DNA of 64,000 nt, from assembly GCA_963784375.1 (NCBI GenBank), contig CAWAQY010000004.1, positions 56,825-120,824 on the forward strand, in the 5' to 3' direction. Every line of letters begins with the position of its first letter. Within the stretch, counting starts at the first letter, position 1. The stretch is from an uncultured Chloroflexia bacterium. GTDB taxonomy: Bacteria > Chloroflexota > Dehalococcoidia > GIF9 > UBA5629. Both the position numbers and the translations under genes were made by a program. Below, piece by piece: positions 20,688 to 31,702 of this stretch. The notes beneath the pieces were generated by a model. That model was not told the DNA's origin. It worked only from the letters and a program-made list of their open reading frames with translations, and searched no databases.

Positions 20688-20849
20688 AAAGCTTTGGGTT
20701 TACCGCCTCTCGATTTGTAATGAAAGGCGGGTCAATTGCTTAAAGAACTATTCCCGTTAACCGTGCCCAATTGTATCATTTTTACACTCAAAGTTTATGC
20801 TGGGAAGCCGATTGTGATAAAATCATAGAGCCTTTTCAGGAGACAAACT

Positions 20850-21620
20850 CTGCAAATATTAGTCACCAACGATGATGGAGTCTATTCCGATGGCCTTTGG
20901 GCACTGGTCAAAGAGCTTAAGGATATCGGGAAAGTAACTGTTTCTGCCCCGGATAGGGACCAGAGCGGGGTCGGCACTGCTGTATCCCTGCGGCAGCCTT
21001 TACGGTTTAAAGAGATAAAGGCTCCGCTAAGCGGCGTGAAAGCCTATTCCGTTGAGGGCACCCCCGGCGATAGTGTGATCCTGGCACTTCAGCATGTGGT
21101 TAAGGAAAGTGTAGACCTGGTAGTCTCCGGTATCAATGAAGGCCCGAACCTGGGAAATGACGTTTTCATTTCCGGAACCATAGGTGCAGCGCTGCAGGGG
21201 TATTTCTATGGCATACCGTCAATCGCTATTTCGGTAGCTGCATTTGAATCGCTTAATTTTAAAGTAGCCGCTGCAATGGCGAGATTGTTAGCTGAAGGAT
21301 TTCAAAAAAAACTATTGCCTAAAAGACTTCTGCTCAATGTAAATGTACCCAATCTGCCGGCGGAAAAAATCGGAGGCATCGAGATTACCAAACTGGGTGA
21401 CCGCAGCTTTACCGATAAGATTAACACGGGACATGACGGCAAGCGGAATTATTACTGGATCACCCGCGGCGTGCCTGAATGGAGCGTGGAAGCAGGCACA
21501 GACGTATGGGCTTTGGAGCAAAACCGGATTTCGATCAGCTCTTTCCCCGATCCGGCTAATTTGAACGGCCATAACAAGCAATTTTTTAAAGATATCGCAT
21601 CCGAACTTCTGGGAAAATAA
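20850..21620 (+). CDS. surE: 5'/3'-nucleotidase SurE (start uncertain, possible CTG/alternative start)
   Basis: The protein starts LQILVTNDDGVYSDGLWALV... and contains SAPDRDQSGVG. These are the canonical SurE N-terminal motifs. Confidence 0.8.
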   Translation: MQILVTNDDGVYSDGLWALVKELKDIGKVTVSAPDRDQSGVGTAVSLRQPLRFKEIKAPLSGVKAYSVEGTPGDSVILALQHVVKESVDLVVSGINEGPNLGNDVFISGTIGAALQGYFYGIPSIAISVAAFESLNFKVAAAMARLLAEGFQKKLLPKRLLLNVNVPNLPAEKIGGIEITKLGDRSFTDKINTGHDGKRNYYWITRGVPEWSVEAGTDVWALEQNRISISSFPDPANLNGHNKQFFKDIASELLGK

Positions 21621-21655
21621 CCCGGATTCCAAAATAAACAAAGAGGAGAAAGCAA

Positions 21656-22948
21656 ATGTCAGAAATTGTAATTGTCAGTGGAGTCAGGACGGCTATAGGT
21701 AGTTTTGGTGGTTCTTTGAAAGACGTTCCGGTAGTAAAGCTGGGAGCACTGGTTATCAAGGAAGCTTTAAAAAGAGCCGGATTGAGACCGAAAACCGGTA
21801 GTAAGTTATTAGGCTATGCACCGCAACCGTTAAAGGATGCAGGAATAGTAGACCTGGAGAAAAAATATCAAGATTGGGACAGCTCGCTCAAAGAGGTGCA
21901 GGTGGACGAAGTAATCATGGGAAACGTTCTTTCGGCAGGCCAGGGGCAGAATCCCGGCAGGCAGGCAACAATCCAGGCAGGATTGCCTAAAGAAACCAAC
22001 AGTTTTACAGTGAATAAACTCTGCGCATCCGGTTTGAAAGCAATAGCCCTTGGCGCTCAAGCCATAATGACCGGCGATGCCGAGATTATCGTGGCGGGCG
22101 GCATGGAAAATATGAGCGCTGTTCCTTATGCAATGCCCAGGGCAAGATGGGGGTACAGGATGGACCTGAATGGTGTAGGCGATGTCCTTGACCTGATGGT
22201 CTGGGATGGACTTTACGAAATATTTTACGGTTATCATATGGGTATGACCGCTGAGAATGTAGCGGCGAAATATGGTATTACCAGGCTAGACCAGGATGAA
22301 ATAGGGCTGCTCAGCCATCAGACGGGCCAGGGCTGCGATTACACAGGGTATTTTCAAGCAGGAAATAGTGCCTGTAGTCATACCGCAAAAGAAAGGCGAT
22401 CCCATCGTTTTCGATACCGACGAGCGGCCCATGGACACATCGCTGGAAAAGATGGCGAAATTGCCCACCATATTCAAAAAAGACGGCACGGTCACCGCAG
22501 GCAATGCTTCCGGTGTAAACGATGCCGCGGCTGCAGTAGTGCTTATGAGCAAAGAAAAAGCACGTGAGCTGAAACTGGAACCTATGGCAACCATCAAATC
22601 GTTTGCGTCGGGTGCAATTGATCCTGCTTACATGGGCGTAGGCCCTATTCCGGCTGTAAAGAAAGCTTTGGAAAAAGCCGGGTTAAGCGTTAAGAGATAT
22701 GGATGTCATCGAGCTTAACGAAGCTTTTGCCTCCCAGGCAGTAGCCTGTATGAGAGAACTGGGCATGAGCAAGGACAATACTAATATGCTGCGGCAGCGG
22801 CATTTCGCTGGGACATCCCATAGGCGCTACCGGTGCCAGGCTCATGGTTACTCTTCTGCATGAGATGAAGCGGAACAATCACAAGAGAGGCCTGGTAACC
22901 ATGTGCATCGGCGGCGGCCAGGGTATGGCCATGATCGTGGAAAGATAA
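21656..22948 (+). CDS. acetyl-CoA C-acetyltransferase (thiolase II); at least 3 frameshifts
   Basis: The active-site Cys region is present ([13 protein letters not shown]). The C-terminal motif [12 protein letters not shown] sits in a third frame at the gene end. Confidence 0.8.
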
Positions 22949-22958
22949 GGGAGCATTT

Positions 22959-23576
22959 TTGACCCAGCTAATTATTATCAGGCACGGGCAAACGGAGTGG
23001 AACCGGGTGGAAAGGTTTCGGGGCCGGGCGAATATTGACCTTGACGAGGTCGGCAAAAAACAGGCCGAGGCTAACTGCCCGGCGAATTACGGAATGGCCT
23101 GTTTCAATGCTCTACTATAGCCCGTTGAAACGTACCGAGACTGCTGCAGGTATTATTGCCGGACGGCTTAATCTTAAATCACAGCCTTTGCCGGGCATCA
23201 TGGACTTTGACTATGGTGAATGGCAGGGGCTTACTCCGGAAGAAGCAAAAGCAAAAAACGGCTTCGCTCTATACGCAGTGGTTTGAGAGCCCTCATCTGG
23301 CAAAATTCCCCGGAGGCGAAAGCCTTGGATGACCTCCGCCAGCGGGCAGGAAAAGCGGTCGACGAGGTGATACAACGAAATCCAGAGGGAACCGTTGCCG
23401 TCTTAACGCACAAGACAGTAATTCAGGTTTTATTACTGCATTTATTAAAGTTGGATAACTCCCGTTTCTGGCAGATGTCGCAGGATGTATCCGCCATCAA
23501 TATGTTCGAGGTTAAAGATGGACTCCCCTATGCCCGCATAATCAATGATACCTGCCATTTGAAAGATATAAGGTAA
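22959..23576 (+). CDS. histidine phosphatase family protein (phosphoglycerate-mutase/alpha-ribazole phosphatase-like); frameshifted
   Basis: The RHG motif is present (LIIIRHGQTEWN). Later segments (LYYSPLKRTETAA..., ...AVLTHKTVIQVLL) lie in other frames. Confidence 0.7.
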
Positions 23577-23670
23577 AGATCATTGATATGCCGGTGCTAC
23601 AATGTTAAAGTATTCCAGGTAAATCATAGTGTCATCAGGCGCATAATTTTCTGAGCGGCAGGAGGTTGAT

Positions 23671-24701
23671 TTGAAGAGAAAAGTGGGCATTATCAATGTT
23701 ACCGGCTATGCCGGCTCCGAACTGGCACGTTTGCTTTATAATCATCCGGAGGTAGAACTGACCTCGGTTACCGGCAGGAGTGCTGCCGGTCAGAAGCTTG
23801 CCGATGTTTTTCCTCATCTGGCTGATATCGATTTAACCGATAACTTCTGAACTGGAAGAAGTGGATATTGCTTTTTCTGCCATGCCGCATAAAGCCAGCG
23901 CTGAGGTAATAGTGCCTCTGATTAAAAAGGGAGTCAAGGTCATCGACATCAGCGCTGACTTCAGGCTTAAAGATGCGTCAGAATATCCTGCCTGGTATGA
24001 ATTTGCTCATCCCGCTCCCGATCTCCTGCGAGAAGCAGTATACGGATTGCCCGAGTTACATCGTTCCGCAATTGCCAAAGCCAGACTGGTAGCAAATCCC
24101 GGGTGCTATCCCACTTCGGCTTTGCTGGCATTAGCACCATTGATGAAAGAAGGATCTTATCAGCCGGATATTATCGTTGACAGCAAGTCGGTGTTTCCGG
24201 CTCGGGCAGGACTTTGAGTATGACCACGCACTTTTGCGAGGCAGCGGATAATGTCAGCGCTTATTCGTTGAAAGGACATCGCCATCTGCCGGAAATAACC
24301 CAGGAATTAAAGGTTCTGAACCCAGGACTATCTCCGTCAGTTCTTTTCGTACCGCATTTGATACCCATGACCAGGGGTATCTTGAGCACCTGTTATGTCA
24401 AAATCAAAGCGTGATAAGCTGGCTAAAGTAAAAGCTGATTTACTATCCATTTACCGGGAATTCTATAAAAAAGAACCTTTCGTAAGGGTAGTTGATCAGC
24501 CTCCGGGAACCAAGCAGACCCTGGGCAGCAACTTCTGCCTTATTCACCCTGCTTTTGATCACAGAACAGGCACTGCTGTGATAATCAGTTGTCATTGATA
24601 ACCTGGTAAAGGGTGCTGCTGGACAAGCCATTCAAAATATGAATATAATGGTTGGCTTTTCCGAGAAAGCAGGGCTGGAAGCACTTCCCGTTTATCCCTA
24701 G
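23671..24701 (+). CDS. argC: N-acetyl-gamma-glutamyl-phosphate reductase ArgC; multiply frameshifted
   Basis: Supporting motifs are [28 protein letters not shown] (catalytic Cys) and a C-terminal [18 protein letters not shown]. They are spread over 4 frames. Confidence 0.8.
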
Positions 24702-24707
24702 TAAGAA

Positions 24708-24783
24708 GCCCCCATCGTCTAGAGGCCTAGGACACGAGCCTTTCAAGCTCGCGACACGGATTCGAATTCCGTTGGGGGCACCA
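24708..24783 (+). tRNA. tRNA-Glu (anticodon UUC)
   Basis: It folds as a cloverleaf with acceptor gccccca/tgggggc, anticodon loop cuUUCaa, T-arm acgga-ttcgaat-tccgt and a CCA end. Confidence 0.85.
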
Positions 24784-24804
24784 ATTAGTTCCGGGGTAAA
24801 TATC

Positions 24805-25580
24805 TTACTTCAGGTGAAGTGATCTCAAGATTCTACCACCAATAAATCTAAGATGTGAACGTTTAACGCTGCACTTATTACACAATTCATAGCCAGGATG
24901 ATAATTTTGTTTTATCTCCTGGTAGCTGTCAGTGAACAGGTTGCCTAATTTATGTTGTAAACCAAAATCCCTGCAGCAGAGATATACATCTCCATTCGGT
25001 AGCATGGTAAAATCGGGATTGTCCCAATTGTAGCAATGCCCGCCCCTTTTCTCTTTAAGTAGAAATCCCCCTGGTGACGTTTTCTCTATTATCCGTTCGG
25101 AAATTGTCATTCATTATTTTCAAAGAAATGTTTGGTACAGTTTGTAATGCAGTGAAGATATTGTTTTTATTTTCTTCAGTTATTGGTATTTTCATAGTTA
25201 TGCCCATCCGGTAAATGAAGGCAAAATATTAAAAACGGGTAGGTCATTAATTCTGTCAAATCCTCGTGACTGATTCCACAAAGCGTAGTGAATAGCATTA
25301 AAGGATGTTGCTTCTCATGAGCAAGGCGGATGAATTTTATTGAATCTTTGTTCGCAAAAGGCTCGCAAAAACCTGAGAAGGCGATTGGTAGTTTAGGGGG
25401 CAAATGCTCTAATACAACAGTAAAATCATCTACAGATAACGTTTTGTTCTCATTTCCATAGTTATTTACTGTTATTTCTTGCGGGCAATATCGCAAACAA
25501 CCCACAGGACACCCGATTTTTGTGGTAACTTCCAGATATTCCAGTCTTTCCAAATCAACTACCAAGGATGCCATCTCCAC
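24805..25580 (-). pseudogene. radical SAM/SPASM-domain protein, split into two ORFs (paralog of 10408-11403)
   Basis: The upstream piece has a Cys-rich segment CPVGCLRYC. The downstream piece has a SPASM-like LPNGDVYLCCRDFG...CNKCS. Both pieces align with the 10408-11403 protein. Confidence 0.5.
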
Positions 25581-25629
25581 AGGATTAATTCACGACGATT
25601 TTCGCTCAAATTTTATCACTCTCGGTCAA

Positions 25630-26574
25630 TCAGTATTTAACACGGGATAGATCGATAAGTTTAAAATAGATATTGTAAAACGTACAAAATATCGACTGTC
25701 CCAGAAATGACAATAACGCGGCTCCGGCATATCCGATCCTGCAGTCCGTTTTAACAGCTTTTACTATATAACCTCTCCCCTTCAAAATCTCTCCTCCATA
25801 GACATAAAGCCAGCCGATGAAATACCAATAATTTGCTAAAATGCTTTTATGTTTTTCTATATCCTGCTTATGTTTATTCAAACAATACTCCAGGGCATGA
25901 GCAATATCAATTTTAGCATGAGAAAGCCCGGCCACATTGAATTTCGAAGGACTATCCGGGTGATAGTGCATTATTAACATGGGCTCCTTAATGTAGTTGA
26001 ACCGGTAATATTTTGCCAGCCTGATGAATAAGTCCGTATCTTCTGAATGAGAAAGACATTCATCAAAGATTCCTGCATTATCGAAACATTCCCGGCGTAT
26101 TAAAGTGGCTCCCATTCTCAGGCCGTTTCCCAATTTATAGATATTCTCACTTTGACTGGAAATTTCCCGGCACGATACATACATTCTCTGCTTTCCTTTT
26201 ACATCCCACCTGGGCCCATAGATCATCCCCACCTCTTTTGAACAATTTTCTAAAGCACCTACATATTTCTCAAGTTTTTCAGGTAGATATTCATCGTCGT
26301 CATCAAGGAATGCTACATATTTCCCCCTGGCAGCCATAATTCCCATATTTCGTGAGGCAGACACCCCTTTATTTTGGTCAGCGCGGATATATCTAATACG
26401 TTCGTCTGCAAATAGCTTGATAGTATCCTCCGTATTATCAATTGAAGCATCGTCCACAATAATTAATTCAAAGTCCTGGTATGTTTGATTCAGAACGCTT
26501 CGGATTGCCCTCGAAATAATCTGTGCTCTGTTATGCGTTGGAATAATAACACTGACAGTTGGATTTTTAGCCAT
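25630..26574 (-). CDS. family-2 glycosyltransferase
   Basis: GT2 signatures are present (VSVIIPTHNRAQI...LIIVDDASIDNT, DDDDEY). Confidence 0.8.
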   Translation of the reverse strand: MAKNPTVSVIIPTHNRAQIISRAIRSVLNQTYQDFELIIVDDASIDNTEDTIKLFADERIRYIRADQNKGVSASRNMGIMAARGKYVAFLDDDDEYLPEKLEKYVGALENCSKEVGMIYGPRWDVKGKQRMYVSCREISSQSENIYKLGNGLRMGATLIRRECFDNAGIFDECLSHSEDTDLFIRLAKYYRFNYIKEPMLIMHYHPDSPSKFNVAGLSHAKIDIAHALEYCLNKHKQDIEKHKSILANYWYFIGWLYVYGGEILKGRGYIVKAVKTDCRIGYAGAALLSFLGQSIFCTFYNIYFKLIDLSRVKY

Positions 26575-26710
26575 TTTTACACTTCAAATTTAATGGAGCA
26601 GTCTGTGGCAGTCGTTGTCGAAGGTATTTTATCATTAAATATCGATGGAGTTAATTCGGATAATCCTCGAATGCTTATAAATAGGTGAATGACCAGACTA
26701 AAATAGGGGA

Positions 26711-26782
26711 GCCCCCATTGTAGGCCTGGGGCACGTGCCTTTCAAGCTCGTGATACAGATTCGAATTCCGTTGGGGTCACCA
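26711..26782 (+). pseudogene. degenerate second copy of tRNA-Glu(UUC) (pseudo-tRNA / att-type direct repeat)
   Basis: It is about 80% identical to the 24708-24783 tRNA. It has a shortened D-arm and mismatches in the acceptor (C2:U71), anticodon and T stems. Confidence 0.6.
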
Positions 26783-26902
26783 CAATTATTCAAATCTAAC
26801 CCACTCGTAGTATAAACTCTTACTTTTTGTCCATTTTTGCGATTTTAATTTGTGCTTACGACTTTCCCATATTCGAAGTGAGGAACGTATAATGATTACA
26901 CA

Positions 26903-27109
26903 ATGCCAAAATGTGGCGGAAAAGTAGTCATTCAGGGATTGGGGTGTAAACCCTTAAATATCCCAATAGAAAATATTTATGACGCTTTAAAGGCATATCG
27001 TGGTGTGGAGGCAACAGCGGAAAAACTGGGATGCAGAGGTTATATCTTCAATAAGTTAAAATCGAATGGGATGAAATTGAAAGATGTGATTAGGTTCAAG
27101 TTAGCTTAA
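26903..27109 (+). CDS. small putative helix-turn-helix protein
   Basis: The segment ATAEKLGCRGYIFNKLKSNG resembles an HTH. It lies just after the pseudo-tRNA in the low-GC island. Confidence 0.35.
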   Translation: MPKCGGKVVIQGLGCKPLNIPIENIYDALKAYRGVEATAEKLGCRGYIFNKLKSNGMKLKDVIRFKLA

Positions 27110-27252
27110 TGAGTTGGCATCGAATGAGATAAGAATCTGATAAAAATTCTACTCACACGATGGAAGTGATACAATTGTCCAAAGAGATGAAATAAATATG
27201 AAAATGTGGTAGCTATTATCAAGGCTCTCATTGTTAAATTAGGAGGAAGGGC

Positions 27253-28080
27253 GTGGAACATACGATTAAGAATAACCTCAAGAAAAGCAATATCCCAAAA
27301 AAGTTAATCGGCAAGTTGTGGAAGCTATTTGGCTGGATAGCATTATTTTTATTAATTCTAGTTCCAATTGCTTTTTATCTCGAACATTTATTTCCTGATA
27401 ATTATTGGATTTATGCCGTTATGGGATTATCGGCTTTAATTACTTTAGTTATAATCTTCTATGGAATCGTAGCTAGGCAATACAGGGCTTTTTATTTCAC
27501 ATTATTTCCTCTAGCTGCATTGGTGTTCTTTACTCTTTACAATTATCAATATTTAGCTAATATATTAAATCCTTGGGCAGCAATAATGTTTGCCTTGGTA
27601 GCTATTCTTACAATCCTAGAAAATAACCTTCTCACTAGGGAAAGGAATAATCTATTCTCCAAACAGCGGGCTGAAGATAGAGATTTAGATTTTAAGAGGC
27701 GTTCATTGGATGAAATAGTAAAATGGACTAAGGAAATTTGGAAACTAATATTGATATCTAGAAAGCTTACCCAAACGAGTCTGATGGAATTGAGAGAAGT
27801 GTTACAAGTTCAAGAGATAGAAGGTCATTGGATGAAAGAAACCGCAGAAATTTTCGAAGCTGATTATACGAATATGGTTCTTGCAGTTTCCCACGTTCGG
27901 ACAAATCTTCGAACATATTTAGAAAAAATAATAGACAAGATGGCCGAATGCGAGGGTCTCAGCAATCCTGAAAATGCAATTCTGCAACTCTTGAATTCTC
28001 GTGAGCACTACACACTTATAGGTTCTTTAAGCGTTGTTCTTAATACAGCTTTCGCTGTAAAAAAAGTTTATAAGCTATAA
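27253..28080 (+). CDS. hypothetical membrane protein (N-terminal 4 TM + C-terminal coiled-coil-like region)
   Basis: An RBS (aggagg) precedes the start. The gene has AT-rich codon usage and no recognised domain. Confidence 0.45.
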   Translation: MEHTIKNNLKKSNIPKKLIGKLWKLFGWIALFLLILVPIAFYLEHLFPDNYWIYAVMGLSALITLVIIFYGIVARQYRAFYFTLFPLAALVFFTLYNYQYLANILNPWAAIMFALVAILTILENNLLTRERNNLFSKQRAEDRDLDFKRRSLDEIVKWTKEIWKLILISRKLTQTSLMELREVLQVQEIEGHWMKETAEIFEADYTNMVLAVSHVRTNLRTYLEKIIDKMAECEGLSNPENAILQLLNSREHYTLIGSLSVVLNTAFAVKKVYKL

Positions 28081-28357
28081 TCAAGGTAAATTTGAAATTG
28101 CCAACTTACTACTATTTTCCCTTTTCAAAGCTTCATGGGAACGAAGCATATTATCATGAATATTCAATTGGGGTTCCGCCCCCCGCTTAGGTTGAACTTA
28201 CTCGATACTTCTTGAACCTGGCTTTATAACTGGTATCAATATGTATCTAGTCTATGGCAGGGCGTATCAACAATTGTGTTTCTACGAAAACCTAAATTCC
28301 AAATACATTGATTTGATCTTGGTTCCGTCCCCAGGTTTTAACCCCGTTTACAAACTT

Positions 28358-29068
28358 TTAAAGAAACTTTGTGTTTAATCGGAAAACATCTGAGTCGCAA
28401 AGTTGCCGGCGATTCCTACGCCCATCTTGCGGAAAACAGGATTCATAATATTTTGCCGGTGGCCGGGAGAATCGAGCCATCCCTGAACCAGGGATGCAGC
28501 AGTGTTGATAACCCATGGCAACATTTTCCCCTACACAATGTGCTCCACATGTCTGGATACTCGTGGTCGCCCTGGCATCAAAACCTTCGTGGCTCATTAC
28601 ATTAGTTTTTACCATATCCAGGCTGTGCTGAAGAGCCAGTGAATCCAGAACGCCATCCCTGACCACCACCCCTAACCCGTTTGCTGCCCTCGCTTTATTT
28701 ATCAAAACAAGGACTTGTCCCTCCATGGATGGGTCCTGCGTCTGATTGAGAGTATTGTTGCTATTATTCTGGCTTTGTTGCCCTTCAATGAATAAATAAG
28801 CCGGTACATTTAAAGACTTGTTGATTGAGGGTTGGGTTGTCTGGGCTGATGGTGTTGACGGTTGTTGACTTTGCACGGGAGCTGTAGGGGGCTGTGCCGG
28901 GGCAGGCGTCTGCTGCTTAATGATGGTGGGTGGTTCAACCTTATTTTGGGTTTGGGGAACCTGAGGAGATTGAACGCTGGTAACTTTAACAGGTAAAGGC
29001 TCATCACAGGCCAGAGTGCCTGCGATTATTATTACAAATATAATAAATAGCTTAATAATCCTGTTCAT
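28358..29068 (-). CDS. secreted CAP/SCP (PR-1-like) domain protein with Pro/Gln-rich linker
   Basis: A signal/TM segment MNRIIKLFIIFVIIIAG is followed by a PQ-rich linker. The CAP-like core is NKARAANGL...HS..M...SHEGF...GENVAMGY. Confidence 0.6.
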   Translation of the reverse strand: MNRIIKLFIIFVIIIAGTLACDEPLPVKVTSVQSPQVPQTQNKVEPPTIIKQQTPAPAQPPTAPVQSQQPSTPSAQTTQPSINKSLNVPAYLFIEGQQSQNNSNNTLNQTQDPSMEGQVLVLINKARAANGLGVVVRDGVLDSLALQHSLDMVKTNVMSHEGFDARATTSIQTCGAHCVGENVAMGYQHCCIPGSGMARFSRPPAKYYESCFPQDGRRNRRQLCDSDVFRLNTKFL

Positions 29069-29441
29069 GATTGTCTCATTGTTTTAAAGAGATGATTTCC
29101 AGTGTCATTAGATTATATACACGTAAATAGGTACAAAGTAAAATAATCGACAACAATATCTCCTACCCGGAGGTTTTAAATTTGGGAAAATAGCTCTGAA
29201 AATGAGAAGTCAACCGATTTAAATCGGTTGACTTCTCCTAAGGGGGTTGATATGAAGAAAGCTCCAGTGCACCGCCGAAGCAAATATTCATTACATCAGT
29301 TACATTCTAATCTCAAAAAGTAAAAATACCGGTAAACAAATGATAAATTACCATCAATATTTGGTAAAAATAAAGTAAATTCCGCTACAATGTACGCTGT
29401 TTGCCTTCTTGTAAATTGGAACTGGATACTGCCTTTATAAA

Positions 29442-30838
29442 ATGGATAATTCATTAGATAAGCGTTTTGTACTGGTTATTGCTGCTCTGCCGAATTTCCT
29501 GTTCCCTTTCATGTCTACGGCAATGAACGTGGCATTGCCATCGATAAGCACGGAACTATCAATGAATGCTTTCTTATTGGGGTGGGTGGTGACCGGATAT
29601 CAGCTTGCCTCAGTAATTCTGGTATTGCCTATCGGCAGGCTGCAAGATATTTACAGCAGGAAAAATATTTTACTTGCCGGGGTGTTCCTTTCCACGGCTA
29701 CCTGCCTTATGCTGATGTTTGTTAATTCAGCTACCGAGCTTATTCTATTCCGGGTACTCCAGGGAATCGGAGGAATAATGAGCTTTACCACTTCCATGAC
29801 GATCCTGATTTCGGTCTTTCCGGCAGGGCAAAGAGGCAAAGCCCTGGGTTTTCTTTCCGCCGCAGCTTATGCCGGTCAATCTGCAGGTCCATTTGCAGGG
29901 GGTTTGCTTACCCACTATTTCGGCTGGAGGAGTATTTTCCTGGTAGGAGTACTGATAAGTTTGTTAACAGTCGCTCTTATTTTCTGGAAATTAAAAGGAG
30001 ATTGGGTTGAATCCAAAGGCGAAAAGTTTGATATACTCGGGACCAGTCATACTTGGTTTCGGCCTATTTGCCACGATATACGGACTGTCATCTCTTCCGG
30101 ACACTTCAGGATTATTCCTTGTTGGAATTGGTGTTGCAGGCCTGGTGGCATTTGTTTTCTGTGAATTAAAGGTAAAAAGCCCCATCCTGAATATAGACCT
30201 GTTCAGGAAAAACAGGGTTTTCGCTTTCTCCAGCATGGCAGCACTGATTAATTTCGGAGCAACCTGGCCGGTGGCTTTACTGTTGAGCCTCTATCTGCAA
30301 TACATCAAAGGTTTCGATCCGCAGATAGCAGGTTTCGTACTGATAACCCAGCCTGTAATCCAGGTACTTTGTGCTCCTCTCGCTGGAAGAATATCCGACA
30401 GGATTCAACCACGAATCGTTGCCTCAGCAGCTATGGCTCTCACCACAATCGGTCTTATTATGTTCTCTTTTCTGGATGCAGGGACAAGCATAGTCTATCT
30501 TCATCAGCACTCTGGTGCTGGTAGGGATAGGATTCGCCTTTTTTGGCGCTCCGAACAATAATGCAATCCTGAACTCAGTAGACAAGAAGTTCTACGGAAT
30601 TTCCTCGGCTATCATCTCAATGATGCGGCAGCTAGGGGTAATTATCGGCATGGGCACGATTATGATGTTGTTCTCAATCTACATCGGCAAAGCGCAGATA
30701 ACTCCCGAATATTACCCGCTTTTTTTGATTATAATGAAACTTGGATTTTCAATTTTTGCAGTGCTTTGTTTCGTAGGGATTTTTGCTTCTCTTTCCAGGG
30801 GAAAAACAAAGAATCAACCGGCCGCAATTGAAATTTAA
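29442..30838 (+). CDS. MFS transporter (DHA-type); 2 frameshifts
   Basis: Three overlapping ORF pieces are present. The motif PIGRLQDIYSRKN is found. It is a paralog of 19310-20687. Confidence 0.75.
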
Positions 30839-30888
30839 TTTGTCAATAGTAACTTCAGTTGCTTTTGAGATCGCCATCTCTAAGCAGG

Positions 30889-31176
30889 TTAAACGTTTAA
30901 TCTTTCCATTAAAGACAGGCTGAAGATGAGAGTAAACACGGTTACGATAAGTATTGCAATCATTCCATCAAGTTCTATTTTTCCATTGATCATCAAATAG
31001 CAGGCGAATACAATAGCTGCGGTACCGAAAGCGATCAGAGCACCTGCAGCAATTTTCCGCCACCATTCACCGATTCGCTCGAGCTTCCTGGCTGCAACGG
31101 CCGTTACCTGAGGTTCCTTAATACGTTCCATTTCAATATCTCCTAGATAATCAGAGTTCATTGTGCCACATGGCAA
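30889..31176 (-). CDS. small membrane protein
   Basis: It is a 95-aa protein with 2 TM segments. Confidence 0.35.
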   Translation of the reverse strand: MPCGTMNSDYLGDIEMERIKEPQVTAVAARKLERIGEWWRKIAAGALIAFGTAAIVFACYLMINGKIELDGMIAILIVTVFTLIFSLSLMERLNV

Positions 31177-31246
31177 TAAGGTACTGTTTTGTGGGGAACT
31201 TAAGTACCGGTGCTCAAGTGTCGCCGCGAGGTAAAGCAGGAAGAAA

Positions 31247-31684
31247 TCAATTCATCTGGAATGGGATCGCTATTTCTTCAACATCGTTTACCGAAAGAAT
31301 TACTTTGTAAGTCCCGCGAGGCCAGCCGTTGGCAAAACGTCTCATAAACATCGCCATGCGGCCTTCTGTTTTCACAAGTTCAGTCCAATTATCGATAACA
31401 TAATTATTTACTTCCGTTACCTCTCCCTTAACGTATATCCACTGGGCCGATACGCTCACGCCGAGGGAACCTTTGAGAGGCAGGAAAGAACAATATATCT
31501 GGGAGGGGTCAGTAGTAAATTTGACGGTGGGGTTAACCGGGTTGAGCTGTTTATCAAGTTCGGCGGATAACGCTATCTCTTTAAGGGAATTTGAATTAAA
31601 AGTGACAGCGCCGGTACAACTGATAATCGATAAAACAAACACCAGTAGAACCGTAAGGACACCCAATAGTTTGTGAGATATCAT
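31247..31684 (-). CDS. secreted hypothetical protein
   Basis: An N-terminal signal/TM segment is present (LLGVLTVLLVFVLSIISC). Confidence 0.4.
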   Translation of the reverse strand: MISHKLLGVLTVLLVFVLSIISCTGAVTFNSNSLKEIALSAELDKQLNPVNPTVKFTTDPSQIYCSFLPLKGSLGVSVSAQWIYVKGEVTEVNNYVIDNWTELVKTEGRMAMFMRRFANGWPRGTYKVILSVNDVEEIAIPFQMN

Positions 31685-31702
31685 ATGTTCATATTCCTCA
31701 AC

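Noticed and set aside
26711-26782. Second functional tRNA-Glu gene
   Set aside because: It has acceptor-stem (C2:U71), anticodon-stem and T-stem mismatches and a truncated D-arm. It is better explained as a degenerate duplicate or att-site remnant.
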